Below, one piece after another: positions 11,968 through 24,634 of a DNA stretch of 64,000 nucleotides. Positions within the stretch are counted from its first letter, which is position 1; the number at the start of each line of letters is the position of its first letter. The notes beneath the pieces are model-generated. The model saw nothing but the letters and a program-made list of their open reading frames with translations, did no database searches and was not told where the DNA came from. The stretch is from Geosiphon pyriformis uo1 (Eukaryota > Fungi > Glomeromycota), in the NCBI GenBank assembly GCA_016748015.1, contig JAAOMT010000468.1, positions 248,001 through 312,000 of the forward strand, in the 5' to 3' direction. Made by a program: the position numbers and the translations under genes.

Positions 11968-13848
11968 ATGAACCTGGCTGCTGCTTCAGATAGTAATATG
12001 TCTAAAAAGAAGGCATCTATAGAGGTTCTTTATGGTTTTGTTGGGGATTCTTTCTTTTAGAAGAAAAAAGTTTCTGTTGGTAATGTCAAGCATTCTAGAG
12101 ATGAAAAAAATATCTCTTTGGTCAAATCTGATCCTAGTTATGGAATGTATTCGGATATGAACAGTGTATCTGGTAATAGTGAGGATGATAATATTTTTCT
12201 TGGTGTTGACAATAGTTCTTTTTTTGGTTCAGCAACAAACACCTCTAAAGCTAAAAGAGTAATTACCAATCTGGTCTGTGGCTTTTTTCTTGGCTCAATC
12301 AATTATGGCATGGATGAAGATGATGTGCCTCTCCTTCCCTCTTTTAAAATCTCTCTTGAAAAAAAATGGGTTGACCTAAAAATTGTCAAATCTTAAGTTG
12401 AAGTATCTGTTATAAAGTCTTTTGCTCTTGACATCAATCTTAATACTGTGGAAGGGAAATCAGTGACAGCAAAGACTCAATTCATCAGAAAAATTTTTTC
12501 ATCAGTCAATAGTTTTGGGGGGACTATTACCCTTTCAAAATTTGAAGGGATTATCTGATCAATGTTTACTTTAGAAAAAAGCATGGAAATGGCCACATTA
12601 TTGGCCAGAGAAAAAGAGATTAATGTAAACAGCAATCTTAAGAGACAAAAAATAAAGTCAGATTGAGCTGTGGTGATTAAGAAAATTCCCATGAACACAC
12701 CTAAAGATATGATCATCACTACAGTATCTGAATTTGGGAAAATTAAGTTGATCAAAATTCAACTAATTGGAATATAGCAAAAGGCTGTAATAGAGTTTGC
12801 TGAATTAGGCCAAGCTAATTTGTTAGCTTTTAAGTAGTCATTTCTGATTGGTAAGGATTCTGTGCACATAGCAAAAACAGTAGAGGATCATGAAACTTGG
12901 GTGTTAAAGAATCAGTTCAAAGCACTTTTGTTTATCTTGTCAGTAAGAATGACAACACATAATCTTGGAACTTTTCTGAAAAGGGCTGGTGGGAAAACTT
13001 GTGTTATAAACAGATCTATAGAAACTGGTAATAGGATTTACTGTGCTGTAGTTGGTTTTAAATCTGATGATGATCTGAAATCTGTTTTTTGCATGGAGTT
13101 AATTCTTGGCAGTATTAAACTTTTTTGGGCAAGGATAGATCTGGTTTGATGTGAGAAATGTAAGAAGTTTGGTCATTCTGCTCTGGAATGTAATGCACCT
13201 GTTGTGTTCCCCTTTAAGCCTTTAAGAACATTTAAAAGAGTTGCATCTAATAAACATTGTCTTCAGTTGGCTAAGTTGTATAAGAAAAAAAGTGTTCCAA
13301 TATCCTGCCCTGCTGCCTTTGGTAGTAAATTTTGGGCTTAGGTGGTTTTACTTGCTGGTTCTTCTGATGGTCTTTGCTTTGCTTCTGGTTCTGGTTTTCC
13401 TTTTTTTGACATCTCAAGTTTAAATAATGGTTTCTCTCCTGTCTTGATTGACAATTCGTTTTTGGATGCTTGTTTGGCCTTTTTGGAGTGATCTTTAGAG
13501 CTGCTAACAGACCAAGTTTCTGACATTGTGCACAAACTCAGCAACATAAAATTGGTGCTGCAAGCTTCAGCTTCTCTCCTTAAAGTCTTAGCTACTTTGA
13601 TTGCCACCAAGAAGGATTTGGTTTTAGATATGGTCATAGATGATTCTGAGTTGGTACTTTTACCCTCCTTTTCTGCTTTTCTTAGTGTCTCAACATTGGG
13701 TCTGAATAGTTCAAAAGTCTTAACAACCAAGATTGGCAGTTTGGAATCTAAGTTGGTGGCTTTTAAGGCTTTTGTTAGTTCAGTTTTGGCAAAATTAGAT
13801 CATTTGAGTGCTGGTTTGGGTCCCTTATTATCCTTTTTATCTCAATGA
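11968..13848 (+). pseudogene. LINE ORF1 (gag-like, CCHC zinc knuckle), in-frame stops
   Basis: ATG 11968. Fragments 12118, 12862 and 13528 in the same frame. CEKCKKFGHSALEC knuckle at ~13150. Confidence 0.88.
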
Positions 13849-16800
13849 GTGGTTTGATCTGGAAGATAGCTATGTGTAATGTTCAGAACATCAATGTTCT
13901 TGCCAAGCAAGAGAATGTTATTTGTTGGCATAAGAATATGGGCAACTTGATTTCGATCTTTACTGAGACTAAATTAAAGGATAAGATTTATCTGTGGATT
14001 GCTGGCAAATTTGAAGATGTCTGTATGTTCACTTCTGGTTTGAATTCTGGGTATTTGAGTGCTGGTGTTGTGATTGTCATGAACTTTTCTTTGGCAAAAC
14101 ATGTGTACAAGGTTTCTGAGATGCCTGGTCGGCTTCTATCCATTAGATTGCTTTTCAAAAATAAACTTTCTGTGTCTGTTTTAGGACTGTATGCTGGTGC
14201 TTTATCTGTGGCTTGGTTTTCACAGACTGGAAAAATCAACTTTTTTATTACAAAAGCTGCTAACAAATTTTCTTTCATTATCCTTGGTGGTGACTTCAAT
14301 AAGAATAGTTTGAAAAGAAGTGCTGGTTTTAAGAAGTGTGTCAGTTTGGGATTGGTCAATTTTTTGATAAGTAGTTTGATTATGAAGAGTTCCACATAGA
14401 GAAATTCAAGGAGTGTAGAAAAAACAATTGATTTTGTATTGGTTTTGTCAAATTTGGTCAGTGCAATAGTTGATCATGATGTTATGAACATTAGTGATTA
14501 CTTTGACACTGATCATTAAGCTGTTTCTGTATCTGTGAGTCTGGGCAGTTTGCTGGATACTTAGTTGAACTTTTTTTGCAGACAAGCAAATAAAGATCAC
14601 TGGAAGTTTGATTTTAAAGATGCTGATGATGCAAAGTGGAGTGAGTTTAAAGAAGCTATGGCAGCCAATGCTGCCATGTTCTCTGATAGTTTTATTACTT
14701 CTGCATGATTCTTGAACTTGAACATGATGTGGAACACAATTTGCAAAATTATGACACTGTCAGCTAATGAAATATTCAGAAAGAAATAGTCTAAGAGTTA
14801 TGATGGTATTTTTACCAAAAAATCTTCTAAGTTTTATAAACTGGAGCTTTTGGTCTCAAAGATTGCTAAGGCCTCTCATGAAAAAGATGTTGATAGGTTT
14901 GCTCTTCTTATGGAATGCTGAAATTCTTTGGACAATGTTAAGGCTTCAATTGTGCAGGAAATTGTGAACTCTGATGCAGATTTTGATCATGTGTGCTCAG
15001 CTCTTTTCAGTATGTGAAAGATATATCATGCCTCCAAATTTGCTAAGTCTTTGTGGGCTAAAGAGTCAAGAATAAAGTCAGCTGTTAATAGTTGAATAGA
15101 GAATTTTGCAATCAACAAAGGTAACACAATTAGGAGCATGCTGAAGTGCTCTTTTCAAAAGGTGGTTTTGGACTATCTGGTGGTTAAAGATAAACTGATT
15201 CTGGAACCAGACCTAGTTAAGACCAAGGTTGATGCGATTATGGAAGGCTGGACCAGAAAGCATAATATGGTGGGGAATTTTTCCAATAATTGGTTGCATC
15301 AATATCAGCTTTTGGAGTACATTTTTGATGATGTTTTTTCAAATATGATGTGTTTGATTAATTTTAATAAACTACTTGGAGTGGTTTTTAATCTGTCTGA
15401 TGGCAAAGCTGTTGGTCTTTCTGGAGTGTTAAATGAGCTTTGGAAGCATTGTGACAAATCAGTCTTGGATGTGCTTTTGGTGCTTTTAAACTTCTGTTTG
15501 TCTTGTGAGTCAGTGCCTAGTGCTTGGAAAGAGACTTGAATCTTGATGATTCCTAAACCATATGAGTGGAAGAGAGTTCTTATGAACACCCAATCTATTG
15601 TTTTAATCGAGACTGCCCACAAAATCCTTTCCAAGATTCTCTCGGACAGGATTTTTTCGGCATACAGCTCTTTTGATGTTTTATGTGGAGACAATTTCTC
15701 GGTTCTTAAGAGTACAACAATGCAATCTCCTATTTTTGCTGTTGGTTTTGTTATTGAAGATGCTTTGGAAAAGAATCATGAACTTTGGTTGGTCTTATAG
15801 GACATGCGAAAGGCCTACAACTCTGTTGGGTGAAAGCATCTTAGGAACAGTTTGGTCAGAATAAAGATGTGCAACAAGTTTATTAAATTTTTTGGTGGTA
15901 TTCACAATGGTCATGTTAATAAAGTGATGACAGATTTTGGTTTGACAGATGGATATCAAGTACATAATGGTTTGGATCAGGGGGAAGTGTTTTCACTACT
16001 TCTTTGGCGTATATTTTATGATCCTCTTTTGTGTAAAGTCAAAAGACAGAAAAGCATATATAGATATAGGATGAACTCTTATTTTGTTGTCAGGACTGGT
16101 CATTTGGAATCTTAGGCTGGATTAATGTCTTTTCTTGCTGTTGGTGCTTTTGTTGATGACACAATCTAAATTGGTAGTAGCCAAACTGCAACCCAACATA
16201 TTTTTAATGTTACTAGTGAATTTTTTCAAATCAATGACATTTCTATTAACAATAACAAGACAGTGGCAATTCCTATTAATTGCAAAGTAGTATGTCTTAA
16301 TTTGCTTATCAGTGGTTCATCTATTTCTATTGCCAAGAAAGGAGAGTCTCATTGTTACCTGAAAATTTTTTTGTCGACTAAGAGTTTGTTGAGGCCTAGT
16401 CTGGCTAAGACAGATGCTAATGTCAGATTTTTTGCCAATCTGGTTCTAAAGAAGGCCATTTCTAATAAGCAGTTTTTATATCTTGTGTCAGCAGTTCTCC
16501 ACCTCATTGTCAACTACAGGATGTAGTTCAGTTTTGTTTCTATCAGTATGTGTAATAAGTGGAATTCTTTGATTTACAGGGGCTTAAAGCTAAAGTCTAG
16601 TCTATCTCTCAATTTTCTTAATGACATGCTTTATTATTCCTCATTGTATGGCTTAAAAACTTTTGAGCAAGTCCAAGCTAAAAGCAAAGTTGCTTCTGTT
16701 GTGTGCTTTGCAAACTCTGTTGGAATTTTGAGTCATTTGTTTTTATACAAGTCTCATGACTTGCAGGTTCTGTCTTGGAGCCCACTCTATTCTTTGGCAT

Positions 16801-18533
16801 TCCCAGTTCATATTAAAATCAGTGCTTCTAATAATTTTTTGGCAGATATGGTTCATATTTTTCTTGGGTACAGTCTGTCTCTAAGTAGTCAAGTAAATAA
16901 TTCTTTCCATTTTCATGGTGGTATTCCCATGTTATCTGTTTTTGACAGGTCTAATTACTTTGGATTTCTTCCATCCCTTTAGAGATATGGTATTGCTTTT
17001 GTTGAACAGCTTCACTGTAAGAATGGAGCTGTTTTTGATTAGAAAACATTCAAGTATTGGAAAAAACTGGACCTATGTGGCCCTGTTCCTAAATGGTTTA
17101 GGCTTTTTATTGACTTTCTTGATAGTGTAGTTTTTTTCCCTGCTCATTTTTTGCCTGTAGTTGGTACTGAGCATTTGGATATTTTGGAATTTAGTGAGTT
17201 TGGACTGATTTATAATTGGTTACTGGATTTCGAGACTGACAGTCTTTCCATTTATATGGATGGATCTCTGAAGGGATTGGAGAGTGTTAACATGAGAGCT
17301 GGTGCTGCAGTTTTTTTTGAAGATATAAGCTTGGATTTGGGGGTCAGAGTTTCTGGTTTAATGTCTTTTACTTTGGCTGAATTGCAGGCCATTGCATTGG
17401 CTTTTAAGTGTGTCCTTCCTAATAGTTCAGTTGGTGTCTATTTAGACAGTCAGGCTGTTTTGGATGTTTGCAAATCAGAATTAGGTATAGTTTATCTGGA
17501 TTTTAGGAATTGCTGTTGGGTTGAGCATTGGCACATTGTGAACATTATTAGAAAAAAAGACTTGAGTGTTAGCTGGCACAAGATGCAGGGCCATTTGGGT
17601 GTTATGAACAATAAACATACTGATGCACTTGTTAACACAGTGTTTTTTTCTCCCTGGTGTCTTGTTTTACATGTGAAAAAACATTATATTTTAGCTGATG
17701 GGAATGTTGTTTCTGGTAATTCTAGACATTTTGTTTGTGGGGTCTTTTAGTCTATTCATTGTGTATACTGAGAGGTCAGTTTAGGTTCTAAGGTTTTAGA
17801 TAGTAGTCTGCATTCAGACGTTGATTGGTTTAGCTTATCATTGGTATGGCATCCAGACTTGCACATAGCTGCTGGCTTCATTAGTAAATCCACAGCTAAT
17901 GTTCACACATATTTTATAAAAGCCCTATACTATTGGCTGCTGGTCGCTGTTTAGAAGCATTTGTATAACAGATACTATTTCAATGTGCTGTGGTTGTATT
18001 GTAGTGAAGTTGAGGTTTCTGACCATGTCTTTTCTTGTATGGTAGATGATTCTGCTCATTGTCATTTATTGGATGCTTATGTTGCTACTTGGGGCCTTCT
18101 TTCTGGTCTTTCTGTCTTCTTTTCAAGTGTTTCTTAATTTTTATCTTCTTATGCTTCAAATGTCACAGTTTGTATAGCTTTTTGCAAAAGCTTTGTTTTT
18201 AAGAATTGGCTTCAGAAAGCTGTGTTTGTTTTTGGAAATGCCAAAATAGCTGGTTAGAAGGTTGTGGAATTTGTGCGTAACTTGTGTTTTGTCTTTAGGG
18301 ACAAGATTTGGTTGGTCCATGTTAAGTATTGTGCCTGCATAGAAAAAAATAAGATAATACCTAGTGACAGTTTGGCTTTAGTTTCAGTTTCAAGGCTGTC
18401 TGCATTGCTTTTTGCAGGTGTTGTTAAGTTGCTGGGTATTGCTGAAGCAATTGGTGTTGGTTTTGGTTTTTGTAAGTCTTGTTTGTTTTTCTCAGGTATT
18501 GGAGACTTAGTTTTGGTACATATAAGTGTTTAA
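13845..18533 (+). pseudogene. LINE ORF2 (APE-RT-RNase H), in-frame stops
   Basis: CNV, ETK, GGDFN, DTDH; DMRKAY, DQGEVFS, AFVDD; IYMDGS, AELQAI, DSQA. All ORF-track fragments are in one frame (1563 codons). Confidence 0.93.
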
Positions 18534-18676
18534 TGTAATCTTAATTGGCCCAAGTGGCTGGTCATGTGTAGAAAATACATGATTCATGCCTAGTTTAGAT
18601 TAGTCAATTGATGTATTGTACTAGGTAGTGTTTGGACCTCACTTGTAAAATATAATAAAAAAAAAATTATATATTA

Positions 18677-19800
18677 AAAATATATAATTAAACTGTTTAT
18701 AAACTATATAAAACAGCAAAAACAAATTAGTTTAACACAATTTAATATTTTTAAAATCTAAAATTGAATAAAAAACATTTTTTTTGAATTTTTAGTTTTA
18801 AAATAAACAGTAATATATCTAATATAAACATAAAAAACTAAATTAACAATAATATAAGTTTTTTTATATAAATCAAAAAATCAAAAAAATTATAAGTGGT
18901 AATATTCATTAAAAAAAACATAAAAGTATTTAATAATAATTTTTAAATATTTATATTTATTTATTAATATTTGTTTTAATTATATAAATTAATTTTTTTT
19001 ATAAAAACAAATTATTTAAAAATTAATAACTTAGCAATTACTTTATTTTTAAAGTTTTTTGTTATAAACCAATAAGTTATATTTTAATAAACACAATTTT
19101 ATTAAATTTAGCAAGAATTAATTTTAAAATTAATATGAAAAAATTAACTAAATTTTTTTGTTTATTACTTCTTAATTAGTACAAATATTAAATTTTTTCA
19201 AATTAATATTTATTAAAATTTTTTTATTAATTATCAAATTTTTTGCTTAATTTAAACTTAATTTAGAAATAAATATTATTAAAATAATATTAAAATTTTT
19301 TAAAAAAGAAACCTTTTTAAAGTTATCTACTTAATAAAAAAGTTTTTTAATAAATTTCAGTTTATTATTCAAATTTTTTTTATTGATAACTAAAATATTA
19401 ATGTTTAACACAAAATTTAACTGAATTAAAACATTTTTTTTTAAATTAATATAATTATTAAAAGCTTTAACATATTAAACTTATACAAAAAAGGTTTTAA
19501 AACTTTATTATTGTTTATATTATTAAAATAAAGTAGCAATAACAGTTTTATGAAATTAAAAAACCAAATATAAAATTGTTTTATTTATAATTTCAAAATT
19601 GTTTAATATATTTAAATTAAAATAATGAGTTTTTTCTATAACAAAATTTTTTAAGTTTTTAATATTTGATATATTATTAATATTAGTCTTATTGTTTAAT
19701 TTATTATTTTATAATTTAAAGATTATAATATTATTAAAGTTTAAAACATTTATGGCCAAAAAATTAGCAGATAAATCAATAATTTTAGCTTTAAAAATAA
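18677..19800 (-). mobile_element. Eroded older LINE, ORF1 region (distal boundary uncertain)
   Basis: 19118-19053 reads ILAKFNKIVFIKI*LIGL*QKT versus copy-2 ORF1 TVSEFGKIKLIKIQLIGI*QKA. Confidence 0.6.
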
Positions 19801-20548
19801 GTTTTTTAGTCTTTTTATTAGTATTTTTATAAATATATGTATGTGTTTTTCTTTTTTTCTTGGTATTAAAACAAGTTTTTACTTTAGTTTTGTTTATATT
19901 TAAATATTAACATAAAAGTCTATTAGATCTATTGTTACAAACAAAAATATATTAAAAAAAATAGTTTTTATGAAAAAAAAACAAATAAAATATTTTTTTA
20001 ACTTCTTTTGACTCTTATTATGATTAAAAAATTAATAAGAAAAAAAGTTTTAATATTGTCAAATAATTAATTATTAATTTTTACAATTTATTTTATTTTA
20101 AATGTACATATATTTATGTTTAATTATAATTCAAGTAAAATAGCTATTAAATAAGAAAAAAATAATATAGGTTAATTTATTACTCTTTTTATATACATAT
20201 AACAAGCTTTAAAATAAACATCATATTATTTATAAAAGGAATAAAAATAAACATTATAAGTTAGTTTATGATTTAATATTACTATATATGACGTGCTATT
20301 TTATGTCTTTTATTATTAAAAATGAGTCAGTTTAAGCCTACTCTCTTACAGGAGTTGTATTTTACTTAATTTAGACTTACTTAATAATGTAAAAATATAT
20401 AATAATAACAATATGGCTAAAAATTCTAAAACTTTCCCAGTAAAACAGCTGTCATGCTAAATTTTAGCTTTGTTAAAAATACATCTTTAATAAAGTAACC
20501 AATTGCAAACAAAGTCTTGCCGAATCAAAATATCAGCTAAAATCTATG

Positions 20549-21385
20549 CTATATCTTGGCCTCAAAACTGATTCCGCACCTTTCAATTGAAAATATTATT
20601 GAATAAAGGCATTTTTAAACAGAAATCACATATTAAAAATAATTATTTAATAGCTCACCCGCAGCCAGATGCCGCTTGCGGGTTCTCGATGACCTTGAAT
20701 TGTGAGCCGATTAACTCTTCGGAGAAATCGATTTTGGAGCCTTTGATCAACCCAAGTGATATGGTATCAACAACCACTTTGGCTTGATTATTTTCAAATA
20801 ATCTAATTAAGATCATCTATTATTTTTGAGAATTGTTCATAAAAATTCCGAGAAATCACCAATTGTGAAGGATACTTACACATCTTCTTCTTTTAATGAA
20901 CTTATTGGTGTCAGGTCATAGAAATATTGAAATCCATGACAACCACCTGAATCAACTGTAATCCGCAATACCATATTTACGTCTTGGTCATTGGATGTAA
21001 TAGATAAAAGTTTCTATTAATTATATATACAATTAATTAAAGAAATAGAGATGCAATAAGAGTGAAACTTGGTGTCCTTCGAGCGAGAAATCACAAAAAA
21101 CTAGCAGGGTTTCCAACCTCATAAAAAGTAGCATACATTAACGGCTCTTTCAGTGATTTCAATCTTCATTTCGTTCCCTTGGTCGTCTTTTTGTGGATTA
21201 TTCTTTACAATCGTGGCAAAAAGCCTCTTTAGATCTGAAACATTTTGTGTGGATAAAACTGAAAGTTTATTAAGGGTGAATTCTTTACGAACGTTAGTGA
21301 TTCGAGAGAAGTGAAAATTTGATTTATGAGATCGTGTCAAATTCTTTGAATTTTGAAAAAGACAGCGCAGTCTTAATGAAAGCAT
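20549..21385 (-). CDS. ISA2: Mitochondrial A-type Fe-S cluster assembly protein (IscA/HesB), 4 exons
   Basis: Exons 21385-21137, 21013-20880, 20802-20659, 20579-20549 with GT-AG introns. LRITVDSGGCHGFQY and NPQAASGCGCGISF motifs. Arg/Ser/Leu-rich presequence. Confidence 0.9.
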
Positions 21386-21552
21386 TGTGTATATCTTAAA
21401 ATTAGAATGAAAGCGAGAAATTGAAATATACTCAAAATCGTGATAATCATTGATAAAATCAGTTGATGCATGTATGTAAAATAAATTTTTATGTTTCAGC
21501 TGAAATTCCCTTTGTGGCACAGTACTCTCAATAAAAAGTTGGGTCCTTGAGA

Positions 21553-23896
21553 ATGGAACAAAAGAACACAAGTAAAACTAAAGTTTTGACTGCCTCTGAA
21601 GCAGATTTGGCAGACGGGAGGCATCCAAAGACCAAAAATCACGCTAAATATCCCAAAATATTTCCCAAAAAACGACGAGTTGAAAAGGATAAAGTTGAAA
21701 GAGATTTAGAAGCTTTAGTCTTTGGTGGTGATGTTGAAGACCTAGCTCAAGAAGTTTATCATAGAATAGAACAGAACACAGATGAAAGCTATGATCCGGA
21801 AATTGAGGAGGAGGAAGAGAAACAAAAATCAATACCAGATCTGAACCAAAAGCCGAACAAAATCAAGAACGGTGAAGAGGAGGAAACTTCGGACAAGCCG
21901 GTATTGCTGGATATCTCTGTTGCTGATTTAGAATATGCTCATTGGAGGCTAAAAAGCTATAGTTCCAGTTATTTGTAATAGATACCAAGGGAAGTCGCGT
22001 ATCTCATAATAAACTCAAGCTCCCTCAAAATATATCGGGAAGTTCAAAAAGCACAGATAGTGCAAAAGAACAATATGAAGATGATGACGATGACGATGAA
22101 GATGAGAAAGAGGAAAAAGATTCTGAATCAATATTAACTGAAGGTATTCGATAACTGACTTTTCCTCATTTTTCAATTGACCTAATTAAGACTACTAAAT
22201 ATTACACAATCTAACCCCTCTAAAGTCGAGGGAGATAAAGATGAAAAACGAGCTTGGGTTGATCCGGACGACAAGGAAGTCTCAATATCATTGGCAAAAA
22301 GGAATATGCTTCGAAAATTAAGAAAAACGGAAGATGAAGATACCATATCAGGTGATAAATTTGAAATACGTTTAAGAAAACAGTATGTATCATTTAAAAT
22401 TTTTCAAAATTTTCCCTTTGCTAAAGTCATTTATCTATTTTAGACATGCAAAACTACATCCAACGCCAGGTTGGGCCGTATTACCATCCGAATTAAAGAA
22501 ACAAAAAAAGCGGAAAAAAAGGGCTCGTTCTTCTGAAAGCGAATCTTCTGATGCCAGTGAGCAACAATACTCTGATGAAGATATTGAATTGTTGAGGCAA
22601 TCCCACGGCTTCTTACAAAAAGAAAAACCGAAATTCTTACCGCCTGAAGATCTTGAGGTTGTTCGAATGAGGGATGCAAATCAAAAGGCTTATTCGCAAG
22701 TTCGAATCATTTCCTAAAAATTTTGAAAAAAAAAGTAAATTTTTATACCTGGCACCATCAAACTTACCCACTATTTTGATCTTAAAGTCTGTCATACAAT
22801 CGATCTCTTTCCACCCTAATGCCCAAGTTCTGATGACAGCGGGTTTAGACAAAACATTAAGATTGTTTCAGGTAAAATTCAAATTTTGATTAAGCGTGGA
22901 TTAAATTTCTTGGTCTAATTACTTCGAATTCTTCAATCCAGATTGACGGTAAATACAATTCCAAAATTCAATCAATATTTTTAGAAGATCTTCCAATCCG
23001 GAAAGCATCCTTTAATCCTAGTGGCACCGAGATTATTGCCACTGGTCGACGCCCATATTTTTATTCCTATAATGTGGAAGCTGGTCGTATTGAAAAAATC
23101 CCCAAAATCCATGGACGTCAAGAAAAATCATATGAAGATTTTTCCATATCTCCATGCGGGGGTTATATTGTTTTTGCTGGGAGGGATGGGTATCTAATAT
23201 TGATTAATTCTCAAACAAAACAATGGATCGCAAATATGAAGATTAACGATTCAATCAAAGGGTTTGATTGGTCGGGTGATGGAAAATATTTATTTTGTAT
23301 TGGCGGGGATGCAGATATCTATCAATGGGATGTAGGGGCAAGGAGATGTGTTCATCGATTTCAAGATGACGGTGGATTTAAACCCACCTCTATCGCTTTA
23401 TCCAACAATGACGAGTATATCGCTATCGGGTTAGTCTTCATGCCATGAAAAGATTCTTTATATTAATAATGTATTTAACCTCTTGATTTTCAGTTCTCGT
23501 TCAGGGATAGTCAACATTTACGATAAATCATGCCTACTGAGCATCAAACCTAAACCACTTAAAGCTATTTCAAATTTGACAACGGCAGTCCATAAATTGG
23601 AATTCAATCATGACTCGCAAATTTTGGGAATGTCCAGTCATTCTAAAAAAGGACAATTAAAGATGGTAATCGAGAAAGTTTTCCTTAAAACTCTATCCGT
23701 TACTCTATTAATCACTTTGATTTACTTAAAGGTCCATTTACCATCTTTGACCGTTTTCAAAAATTGGCCGACGTCTGGGACACCACTTGACTACGTGGAA
23801 TCCTTTGACTTCTCGCCTAACAGTGGTTATATTGCTATAGGCAATTCCAAGGGTAAAGTTCCCTTGTATAGACTCAGGCATTTTGCTACGGCTTAA
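21553..23896 (+). CDS. UTP18: U3 snoRNP / SSU processome WD40 protein, 8 exons
   Basis: ERDLEALVFG, AWVDPDD, RMRDAN, FHPNAQVLMTAGLDKTLRLFQIDG, HLPSLTVFKNWP, FSPNSGYIAIGN. Introns checked in frame. Confidence 0.92.
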
Positions 23897-24634
23897 CAGT
23901 CCGAAAGAACTATTCTAGTTCATACATATGAAACAGTGGCAATCCGAGTTTTTGAAAGGTGAATGTCAATTAAAATTGAATTTAATGGTCCTTGAAAATG
24001 AATATTTGCTCTTCAAATACAGAACGAGTAAAACTATCATTATTAAAAATAGACATTTAAAGAATTCTGGAATTCGAACATTCAGAATGAGTGAATTATT
24101 AATTGAGTCAGTTTCTCGATTTGACGCTGGAGAAATTGATTGAAAGTCAATGCTATCTGAGTATAACTATACACGAGATCTTGTTGGTGGTTCTTTAAAT
24201 TGAACATTTTTGTCCCCAATTAAAAAATTTATTTCGAAGTTTAGCGTTATTGATTTGATTTGATTAATAATGTTGAGTATCGCAAATTTCAAACTTCTTG
24301 GAAGATGGGAAAACCCTCAATTTATTTGTATGTATATTTTATGTTCATCCGGACAAAAATTTACGAGTATAATGGCAAGCCGAAAAAAATAATGTCGAAA
24401 TTGTATTGTGAAATATAATATTCTAAATTTCTCCTTTACCGTGAACAGATATAATGGATATAAGGAAATCTGGTTTTGATTAATGATGCCTCAAATTTCT
24501 TTTACTAAACCCACCAATCACATCCCAAACTCAAACTTTTGATTTTCCCCCAAAGAAAATATTCATCACCCGCCCTTATCCTCACTAATAATGTTACAAA
24601 ATTCAAAACTAAATATGTATGAATACTTACCTTC

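Larger units (their letters stand above)
11833..18666 (+). mobile_element. Full-length LINE copy 2 (~6.8 kb), inactive
   Basis: 5' UTR, ORF1, ORF2, 3' UTR and A-run at 18657-18666. Candidate [15 protein letters not shown] at 11821-11832 and 18665-18676. Confidence 0.93.

Noticed and set aside
2484-15694. Antisense ORFs inside the LINEs (e.g. 4588-5121, 13338-13730, 13988-14395, 15305-15694)
   Set aside because: Shadow frames of the LINE coding sequence with no recognisable motifs.
1-18533. Programmed stop readthrough or an alternative genetic code (TGA=Trp) explaining the in-frame stops
   Set aside because: Stops are TGA, TAG and TAA, differ in position between copies, and accompany missense decay. 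Neighbouring genes use the standard code.
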